Shown here: positions 1 to 64,000 of the stretch, in pieces
How positions within the stretch are numbered: position 1 is the first letter of the stretch
Layout of the letters: each line of letters starts with the position of its first letter
Assembly: GCF_001194135.2 (NCBI RefSeq)
Contig: NC_068987.1
Span: 12,567,900-12,631,899 of the forward strand
Length of the DNA stretch: 64,000 bases
Origin: Octopus bimaculoides
Lineage: Eukaryota
Reading direction: 5' to 3'
Notes under the pieces: model-generated
Seen by the model: the letters and a program-made list of their open reading frames with translations, nothing else
The model's database searches: none
What the model was told of the DNA's origin: nothing
Position numbers and translations under genes: made by a program

Positions 1-330
1 TCTCTAAAAGAAATGGAAAAACTTTCAAAATACAAAGACCTGGAAATAGAGATAACTCGAATGTGGAATCTAAAAACAGAAACAATTCCTATCATAGTAG
101 GTGCCTTAGGTATAATAAAAAAATATTCAGACAAATACATAACAAAAATAGCAGGACTTACAAATATATATAACATACAGAAAATTGCACTACTGGGTAC
201 TGCACACATTCTACGCAAAACACTTTCAATACAGTAAACATAAGAGCACCACAGCAAACCACAGCACATACCCAAGGCGCACAGAGCTGCGCTCGGTAGT
301 GAAGTGAAAGCACGTTATAAAAATAAAACT
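1..330 (+). mobile_element. 3' end of an RLE-type non-LTR retrotransposon (R4/Dong-like) with (TAA)n tail
   Basis: ORF 13-237 EKLSKYKDLEIEI...IPIIVGALG...IQKIALLGTAHILR is the C-terminus of a restriction-like endonuclease. A short 3' UTR and a TAA repeat (334-370) follow. Confidence 0.75.
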
Positions 331-376
331 ACTGAATAATAATAATAATAATAATAACAATAATAATAATGCATAC

Positions 377-54591
<54,215 letters not shown>

Positions 54592-54701
54592 CTGTAATAA
54601 GAAGCATTTCATTAGTAAACATGAAATGCAATTTAATTCTGGTTATTTACAAAATATATTGAATATTCTATCCCTACCAGTAAATGAAAGGAACCTACAA
54701 A

Positions 54702-55015
54702 TCATCATCATCATCATCATCGTTTAACGTCCGCTTTCCATGCTAGCATGGGTTGGACGATTTGACTGAGGACTGGTGAAACCGGATGGCAACACCAAGC
54801 TCCAATCTAATTTGGCAGAGTTTCTACAGCTGGATGCCCTTCCTAACGCCAACCACTCAGAGAGTGTAGTGGGTGCTTTTACGTGTCACCCGCACGAAAA
54901 CGGCCACGCTCGAAATGGTGTCTTTTATGTGCCACCCGCACAAGCCAGTCCAGGGGCACTGGCAACGATCTCACTCGAAAATCCTACGGGAGCCAGTCAG
55001 GCGGTACTGGCAACT
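54702..55015 (-). mobile_element. Family C element, longest young copy, with 5' 65-bp repeat units
   Basis: About 94% identical by eye to the reverse complement of 26727-26930; distal part shares units with 2107-2390. Confidence 0.85.
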
Positions 55016-55525
55016 AAATACAATATTTTCTAAATCACAGGAAAAATTGTATAAATTTTGTTTGTCATCCCAAGGAAAGTATGTATGGAATGATATCAAA
55101 TGTTATTTTATTTTAAATCATTTTAAATGATTTAAAGATACAATACAGTTATAATAAAATCAATATATTGATTAAGCTCAATTTAACAATTTTATTTATA
55201 TTTCATATAATTACTGAAGAATGTATTGTCACTTGTAAACATTTTTTATCACACATTTTCACAATATTGTTTTATTATGCAAAGCAAGATGTAAATGTTT
55301 ATGAATTCCCTATACTATGGTTGAGTACCTTCTACCATAACCCAGTGTTTAACAATAAATTGTGATTGGAATTTGGTAACAAAATCTTCGTGAAAAGCTG
55401 TCAAGCGTGTGTGTGTGTGTGTACATCATATATTTAGGAGTTATGTTATGACTTACAGGCACATACACACACATATACAGCACATATTTATGTATATGTG
55501 TGTGTATGTATATATATATATATAT

Positions 55526-55776
55526 NNNNNNNNNNNNNNNNNNNNNNNNNNNNNNNNNNNNNNNNNNNNNNNNNNNNNNNNNNNNNNNNNNNNNNNNNNN
55601 NNNNNNNNNNNNNNNNNNNNNNNNNNNNNNNNNNNNNNNNNNNNNNNNNNNNNNNNNNNNNNNNNNNNNNNNNNNNNNNNNNNNNNNNNNNNNNNNNNNN
55701 NNNNNNNNNNNNNNNNNNNNNNNNNNNNNNNNNNNNNNNNNNNNNNNNNNNNNNNNNNNNNNNNNNNNNNNNNNNN
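55526..55776. other. Assembly gap
   Basis: N run. Confidence 1.
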
Positions 55777-55824
55777 ATATACACATATACACATACAGAG
55801 AGGCACACATGCACATATACACAC

Positions 55825-55879
<55 letters not shown>

Positions 55880-55902
55880 AGATGTTTATATGCCAAATTA
55901 TA

Positions 55903-56033
55903 TACAGGGTGTCCACAAAGTCTGGGTACATGGAGTAAATAAAATCATAACATAAACAATTAAATATAAGAAATAATAATTTCTTAAAGTATGTGTTAAT
56001 CCCCATGTACCCAGACTTTGTGGACACCCTGTA
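55903..56033. mobile_element. Tc1/mariner MITE with perfect 29-bp TIRs and TA target duplication
   Basis: cagggtgtccacaaagtctgggtacatgg at 55905-55933 and its exact reverse complement ending at 56031, flanked by TA. Confidence 0.85.
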
Positions 56034-56324
56034 TAAGAACAATTTAACATAAAACTGAAGGATTACTCAATATTATTGTAAAAGTTAATATATATGTTTA
56101 TAGATATGTATTTATACATATGTACATGCAGACATATGCACCCACAGATATATATGCAGTATATATTATGCATGAATGTATCTGTGTGTGTGCATATCTG
56201 TCTTTGTATGTTCAAAAAGGTGCGTTGAGATACTCCTTTCACAAAACTACGAATGAATATTTGTAAATTTGTTATGGAAGAAAAATTTTGATATTTTTTC
56301 AACATTATTTGCAAAATATGACAA

Positions 56325-56437
56325 TCTGGAGTCTGGTGCAGTCTTCCAGCTTGCAAACCCTGGTCAAACTGTCCAGCTCTTGCAGCATGGACAACGGACG
56401 TTAAATGATGATGATGATGGTGATGATGATGATGATG
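56325..56437 (+). mobile_element. Family C element, old copy
   Basis: ctggagtctggtgcag...gcagcatggacaacggacgttaaatgatgatgatg. Confidence 0.6.
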
Positions 56438-57794
56438 AAATTAATTAAAACTAGATACAAATATGATGTATGTTTCAAAATTGATTATATTACAATACTA
56501 TTCTTTCAAAGACTACAAGCAAAGGAATTCCTAAAAATGTTCCAACTGCATTTGCATACATTAACTTACTATGTTCTGATCAAAAATAATCTGTAGAAGT
56601 GATTTCATTGGATGAAGCTTCAGCACTTAACTACCCATGTATATGTTCTGCTATATTTTAGCTCTTTTTCAAGATGAAAGCAATTATTTTTATTATCATA
56701 TATTTGTTGGCATATAAAATTGTATACTATGCATTGAATGTAGCATTAAGTTGATATCAGCACTTGTAATACTGATAACATTTTCAACCCAAAATAAATG
56801 GTATTCCTTATGTAGCATTAATAAGATGATATCAACTAGCATAAATATTATTTCAATGCTTTGTATCATTCTAATCTTTACATCAAAAGAAGACCTTTCA
56901 AAAGTCTTGACAGTACATGATGAGATAATAGAAAATTAAGCTGTTTGCTTGAGGAACATTGTCCTGATATAATATGGTTATAAACACAGCTTATGTAATG
57001 ACAAAAAATATTTAACAAAGTACAGATAGTATGTATTTGAAAATGTGAATCTTATTTTTCTTCAATTTACTGAAATTGCTTACAAATTCTATGGAAGAGA
57101 TGTTAGCTGCTTCATAAAATATAAATAAAACATGGATACTTCTGCTGCTGTAGAACATTTATTCTATTGTAAATGGTATTTTAATAGTTTCTTTTACAAA
57201 AGTATGGAAATTTAGTAATCCTCGTCATCGCTGTCATTGTCATCATCATCTTTAGTTCCACTTCCCATGTTGTGTTGACATGGGCTGGATGTTTTGATGT
57301 GATCCAACGTTTTGCTCTAATAGCAATTACCAAAGGAATAATTGTAAGGTATGTTACTTTTTATAAAATCTTTCAGTTTGGTAGGTGGGCAATAAAAAGA
57401 TAAATCTACCTTTAAAAAGTTGCTATTAATTAAAGACTTACTTTGAAAACAGTAATTAAATCACAATCTTTTTACAGCATACTAAAGTTCGGCAGTTTCA
57501 AGTTAGATGCTGGATTGTACCTTATTTGGCTGGTTGTTTATAAATCAACCAACCTTAACTCCCACATTTTAGAGCTCAATGACCTCTGTTTTTCAGGAGC
57601 AAAATCCTTTTAACAGGTTCCATAAGACTGGAATTTTGGAATCTGCGCATAAAGATCAGTGTCATGATTACAATTTTTTTTAGAGTGTGAAAAGAGGGAA
57701 AGAACTCTCATCTGCAACTTTGATGAAATTCGACTCATAGGTATTCCAGTTCATTACAGAAAATATAACCGAAAAGTCTAATTCTTCAACTGCA

Positions 57795-57828
57795 TGTAAC
57801 ACGGGCAACGCCGGGTATCTCTGCTAGT
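57795..57828 (+). mobile_element. Helitron 3' terminus
   Basis: GC-rich imperfect hairpin acgggcaacgccggg followed 8 nt later by CTAG|T; 5' end not identified. Confidence 0.5.
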
Positions 57829-59391
57829 CATCTATAAATGTAACATTGAGGGTGGTTTTGCAACGTGAATTTTGTTTGTTAAATAATTAATACCTGTATC
57901 TTACTCACTCAGCTTTCCCTAAGAACAAAATATCAAAATTACTGATTCTTATGATTCTTAGAACTATGGTTAGTGGCATCAGAAATTGCATCATCACACA
58001 CTTTATATATATATGTATTGGATTTATGGAAGAGAATTCAGGAATTTTAGACATTTTTATATTTCTAAAATGCAAATATCTCCAAAGCCTGAGCAGCTCA
58101 CAAAATCTAAAGCACTTTTAAAAGACTGATGTGATTACCAGGTATAATCTTATTTCTTATCTGCATATCATATTGAAGTCAGATCAAAACTGCAGTTTAT
58201 ATTAACTCTTTGAGTCATTGGAGATGAATAAATTTTATAAAGAAAAGATTACATCCCAATAATTAGATGAACTTGGGCACATAATTTCTATACGAAATAC
58301 ATAAATGTTTACAAGTAATGAATTCCTACACCCTATTTATATATATATATATATATATATATTTACATGCCAACAGACATACATGTACTTATGTATTCTA
58401 GTGCTGGTGCACTTCTTTTTTTCTTCCAACTGTCATGTCACAAACTTGATAAAATTTGCAATTATTCGATTGTAGTTTGAATAATATTGGAAGTTCACCC
58501 ATTCAAGTCAGAATGCCTGTATTTAAGCTATGATCGAATATTTGTACACTTTTTGCATAAAACCATTTGTTTTGTACTATCAGCATTCAACTTTTAAAAG
58601 AATTTGATCATCAACCAAGGTGCTTTTGGATGTTAAATGATGAGATATATATATATGCAGCATACATACTTAGAAATACACATTTACACACATATATTTA
58701 TACACTATATACACACATACATATCACACACACATATATATATATATATATGTGCATGTGCTTGTGTATGTGTGTGTGTATGTGTGTCAGTATGTACACA
58801 GTACTCTTTGTCAGGTTGTTGAGTGCAATCAACAATTTTATTTCCAAAAATAACATTAAGTTTAACTCTTATATTAGTATACCGTACAAAAATATAATAT
58901 GGTAATACTATATAGTATTACAGTAATACATTATAGTAATGCCACATAATAACACAATATAATACTATATAAATTGTTATATAATGTAATATAATTGATA
59001 TAAATGTATATGATTTTTGTTATATATATATATACATATATACGATTTGTGAACTAATTAATATAAAAAAATTATATGAAATCAATTTTAAGGAAAATCT
59101 TATTTCCCAAATTACATTAGAGAATAGATATTTTCAAAACTGTAGCAAAAATTGGGAGTTAAATAGTTAAAAAATATAGCAATATAAACATTATCAATGC
59201 TTAATCTAAATATCTATTAATTACATTTTAGCATTTTAATTATTGGTTCTCAAAAACTATGGTGACTGTCATGTGATAACAGAAGTAAAATGAAATAATA
59301 AAATAAATGTTATAATTGGTAACTTCTTAAAGAAATACAAGAAATACCTTTACATGTTTTGAAATTAACTGCTCAGTAAAGTAAAATTTAC

Positions 59392-59407
59392 CTCATATGG
59401 GCTTAGA
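59392..59407 (-). CDS. Candidate 16-nt micro-exon (LSPYE)
   Basis: catttattcgctacag acceptor, T CTA AGC CCA TAT GAG, gtaaat donor; ends in phase 0, matching the 54591 acceptor. Confidence 0.5.
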
Positions 59408-59853
59408 CTGTAGCGAATAAATGTCTTTCGGCGAAAATACAGATACGTATCATCCATATACTTAGTATCCATGGCAGGATGATTATTAGGAACCATCATG
59501 GAAATGAAAGGTATATGTTTTCTGTTGTGTAAATTTTAAAGAATTTGATTGGTTAAGTGTACAGTGTATTAACATATATTCAGGTTGTCTGAATGAATTT
59601 TTATACATTGTTTAAATGCTGAGGGTAACACCCTGATAACTTCCTTCGTTGTTTTGTGTAGCCACAATAAGAATGCTTTGTGAATGTAAAAAATAGAAAA
59701 TGTAAGATCCGTGAGCAAAGCAAGTAAAGAATAAGTTTTCCTATGAGATAACATTATGTGCTGAAGTGCAATTCTATATCTTTTAAAACAACAAACTCCT
59801 TGTTTCTTTGTTTAAAAATTCTGATAGAATATATATATATATATATATATATT

Positions 59854-59948
59854 NNNNNNNNNNNNNNNNNNNNNNNNNNNNNNNNNNNNNNNNNNNNNNN
59901 NNNNNNNNNNNNNNNNNNNNNNNNNNNNNNNNNNNNNNNNNNNNNNNN
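59854..59948. other. Assembly gap
   Basis: N run. Confidence 1.
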
Positions 59949-61147
59949 ATATATGTATGTATGTATATCCAAATTGAGGGAGTGGAACAGGTAAAAATCC
60001 AGGCTACATGTTTCCTAGCTAGCAGATCCTCTGATGTAATAATTACTCAATGGGAAGTACTCAGCTAGCTACTCGTTAGGCCAAACATAGCTTAATTATA
60101 TGAAGGTTACATTGTCATTAAGGAATCCAAAGTTAACTCAGTGAAGATATAATTTGAAAACATATATAAATATGTAATATTTCCATAAAGTGGACGAAAA
60201 TTTACGAAACTTAGGCGAGAAGACATTTTACATTGTGAAAATGGAGAGTGGATTTCTAAGTGAGATCTAGTGGGTAGTTAGAAAGCACCACTCTTTAAAT
60301 ACCTACTTATCCATTCATGCTCAGTCAACACAAGGTATATTATCAGTTTAATGTAATCAATGACAGACGCCACTAAAAAATAAGAGATTATGCAGTGATG
60401 ATTAAACCAAAGAGATAGGCAATGTGCCACAAACATTAAAGAAATGAAAGATGAGAGAAAAATGTTATCTAAGATTATATGGTTGATAACAGAGAAGAAA
60501 TTGAAAACTCTCATACATTCTTAAATAATAACAGAAGCCATCAAAATATATGAAAAAACTTATCATTTTTAATGTCTTTTCATGTTGTCAGCGATAGGGA
60601 TGAAATGATGCCAAATAAATGAAATAAGTATATTAATAGGAAATATACGAATATTTTGAATTATCTAGCACTTACTTCCAGATAGTTATGTATATCTTTA
60701 AGTGTTAGTATAGTGTGCATGTTTGTAAATAATTAATAACATGTATGCATCTATGTCTTTCATATCGGTGAAAATGTCAAATTTTTATTTGTTGTCGAAA
60801 TGCCAAAATATTTTTTTGTTGGTATAAACTAAACTACCAATAAAATTGCTATTGTCTGTGATTTATGATGACATCAATATATCATATCTATATTAAATAA
60901 AAAGAAAATGAATAGAAGAGGCTAAATCCAATAATTCAACTATGATCAATTGCTAGTTTTAATAGCATTTTTGATGAGTAAACATTTGTTTTCTGACTTT
61001 GTATTGAACTACTGGAATTCCTTATTTCTCTGTTGTTTCGATAGCTAAAAAAATTTGCATTAAATTTAATTGCGAAAATGTGTAATGATTTTATACAAGT
61101 AAAACATCATTCTTCTAGCTGTCCTAAATATACAGTTCTAAATACAA

Positions 61148-61191
<44 letters not shown>

Positions 61192-61230
61192 ATATTATAA
61201 TTTGTCAATCAAGAAAGTGAAGCAACTTAC

Positions 61231-61241
61231 CCTCTCTTTTC
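61231..61241 (-). CDS. Candidate 11-nt micro-exon (GAAAAGAGAGG)
   Basis: tttactttgcaatcaacaacag acceptor and perfect gtaagt donor; 11+16 nt = 27 nt in frame with the 59392 candidate. Confidence 0.55.
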
Positions 61242-62626
61242 CTGTTGTTGATTGCAAAGTAAAAAAGATAAATGTTAATAAATGTTCATTGTAAAATGAA
61301 TAAAATCAAATAGCATTTATATAATTTTAACTTCAACTGATGAATAATTTAATGAATACTAAATTTTATGAAATATTTAGGTTCAAATTCTTTACATGAT
61401 TTCGAGATATAATTTACTTCAAGAGACTTTGAACATACTGAAAATATTATTGATTAATATTGCAAATAAAATTAATTATTCATTTTTCCTAATAATTTGA
61501 ATTAAATATATTTTCACATCGAAATGTTTATCATCACATTACCAGTTAGTGCAATATATTTATTTCTGAAATGAAAATATAATTAGCAAAATTGAAAGAG
61601 AAAAAAAAAACAGAGATGGGGAATTGTTGGAGAAATAACTTTTTTTTTCCAGCGCATATACAAAGATTCAGCCAAGAGCGCAAATAAACTGTTGAATCTG
61701 AGCAAATGTTTGGGCTTGCTCCAATATTTAGCGCAATAATTTATCTAAGCAGCAAAGAATCAGGGCTGTGGGAGTATACAGCATATGGAATGTGGAATAA
61801 GCATTAAGGCTGTTGCATTATTGTAATGTCATCTTGAAATCTGTTTTAGGAAAACTGAAATAAATATAAGATAAAACCAAAGAGAAAGAAACAGTTGTCA
61901 TGAAGTTGAAGCTAATGATTAATCCTTTAATACTTTGTGGGTATAACTAACCATGTACACCCTAGACACACCGTAATTCTTATGAAAAAATGTATTGATA
62001 TAGCTTAATAGTGTCTAAGAGTGCACAGTATAAAGAATATTCCCAGTAGATGAAATGTGTAAGGATTAACCAGAAGCAAACGTGTAAAAGTAAAATTACA
62101 TATGATACATCACTAATATTTATATATCATTTCAAATATACCCAATCAAAGGAACACGTTACAATTCCATTTTCTCAGCATAATGAAATTAACAAAAATT
62201 AATAATCAGATAACTTAATTTAAGATACCTGATTTATAATTAATGTGCCAAGTTTTGCCAAATTTTTAAATTCTAAATTTATTATAGTAAACGTTAAATT
62301 TTGAAAAAATAATTATTGTTCCTTGATTCAGTATATTTAAGGTACAACAATCCCAGGGAATAACTGCTTTGAGATGGAGTGAAAGAAATCTACAAAGGAT
62401 AGGATTTTAGAAAAATGATCTGGCATCAGTGTGCTCTGTTTCCAAAAACATTGTACATATGTATTGACCTATCCTCTGATTAGATAGAGTAATCTCTATG
62501 TTTACGTCACTGTCTCCATCTTTCTGTGTCTCTCATACTTTCTCTTTCATGCACACATTCCTTCAGTTTCTCTCTCTCCATCTTACAAAGCATTTAAAAT
62601 ATATTCCCTTTAGGTTATTGTTTGAC

Positions 62627-62828
62627 CTTTTCTAATTTGTTGATTGATGCATCCTGCCAAAATACCTTCATCATCTTCATTGAAGAAGTCATCATCAGAA
62701 AGTCCATCATAGTCTTCAGTTGTAATTTCTGGACAAATATTGTGACCATTTGGTATGATCACTGTGTCATCCTCATCGGCTTCATAGCCGTCAGTGTCTG
62801 GCATTCCTCTCAATGAAGGTGGATACAT
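62627..62828 (-). CDS. Candidate acidic exon of twitchin, possibly an alternative first coding exon
   Basis: Open frame MYPPSLRGMPDTDGYEADEDDTVIIPNGHNICPEITTEDYDGLSDDDFFNEDDEGILAGCINQQIRK ends at an AAA G|gtcaaa donor. Coding-like D/E-rich composition; 5' boundary uncertain (ATG 62828, frame open to 62930). Confidence 0.5.
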
Positions 62829-64000
62829 GTTGATTCCATCTACATCCTCTTCATTGCGAACATAGCAAAGGCAGATACTCAAAATAAAGTATGATTGATG
62901 GTACGCATACCGCTTGCTTGCATGCAACAAATTTTAAATGAAAATTGGACCTTACAGAATTAATGTATAAATATATATAGGGCTTCATGGAACCATTATA
63001 TTTAGATGAATTGAAATATAAATGGTTGGATTAAAATATATTTTCACCAATCTGTATAAATGCTTATTCTTTTTGATAATGATAAATGACATAAATGTTT
63101 ATGAAGTACTCTTTTACAGTAGCAATCACAAATTGACTTTAAATTTTTCAGACAGTAATTCATCTCAAAAGAGGCTGATCCAATGAAATAGTTTTTTAAA
63201 TCTTGTGAAATCTTTAACAACCACTGACCATTATACATTTCATGATGGTGAAGTCCTTAAAGCTTAACCTATGTATTTTTAATTCAATGCTATTGGACAT
63301 GTAGCATTAATTAGTAGTTTAAAGATATAAGTTGATGGTTTTTCATTTAACATTTTAAATTAATTGCTTTTGGCTTTTTCGTTTTTTTTTCTGAATTCAA
63401 CCTATGACTAATATTACTTACTTTTATAAGTGGGGCTTATGAAAGGAAGGTACATATTGAATTTATAATTTACATACATATAAGCCCTATTGATAGCTTA
63501 ATAATCATCATTTTCAAGTTTCATTGTCATATCTTATATATATCAATACTGACATCTTTCCAAAAGATTTTAGATTTAACCCATACAGTCAGTTAGTTAT
63601 TTAACATTTGCATTATTAAAATATCCAAATGAATTAATTAATGTTGTGTAAATTTTGTTAAAAAATGGTTTCAGATTCTTCAGTGCAATAACATCAGTAG
63701 TTTTCATTCCTAAAAGATTCAAATCAATTTCTAAAAGCCAAAATTAATGTCCAACTTACATTCTGGCCTTTTATAAAATTATATAGGCTATATGTATTTT
63801 TTGTTATTTCAAATCAATTAAACAAAAGTAAAACAAAAGTTTTACTTATAGTTCAGCAGCTATATCTTTAAAGATTCTTTTCCAAATGAAATTAATTTTA
63901 AAAATTATCTTTAATATTTATTCTAAGTGTTTTAGTGTGGGAAATAAATTGCAGATTTCACAAGAAATAAATAATGCTACTGTCTGTATTACAAAATTAA

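Noticed and set aside
13-237. 74-aa ORF as an independent host gene
   Set aside because: It is the C-terminal endonuclease fragment of a truncated LINE, with a decayed second copy at 6197-6560.
57891-57925. ttttgttcttag acceptor followed by three possible donors
   Set aside because: Every phase/donor combination gives a stop or fails to reach the phase-0 acceptor at 54591.

Overview
AT-rich eukaryotic genomic DNA. It is dense in microsatellites and SINEs, has five N-gaps, and its repeat content points to a cephalopod, most likely Octopus (inference). One minus-strand gene occupies the window and runs off both ends: a twitchin (unc-22/projectin-like mini-titin). I traced 26 phase-consistent GT-AG exons by hand from 54591 down to 377 (4003 nt, one open frame). 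They encode one Ig domain, a 128-aa low-complexity linker, five more Ig domains, then Fn3-Fn3-Ig-Fn3-Fn3-Ig and the start of an Fn3. The linker matches the region that controls catch in bivalve twitchin. It carries a DFRxxL actin-binding motif, an RRLS PKA site next to a thymosin-like LKKTE motif, and a D1-like RRASLADVIPDWPTLQHR exon. These four small exons are spread over about 31 kb of very large introns, which also hold candidate micro-exons (11, 12, 12, 16 nt), a 42-nt exon with a GC donor, possible alternative terminal exons and a possible alternative first exon. The introns also contain two palindromic Penelope-type elements with minimal hammerhead ribozyme cores, an inverted pair of R4/Dong-like LINE ends bracketing a 999-nt in-frame exon block, several tRNA-derived SINE families, Tc1/mariner MITEs and a Helitron 3' end. 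All coordinates were read manually; no database searches or folding programs were run.
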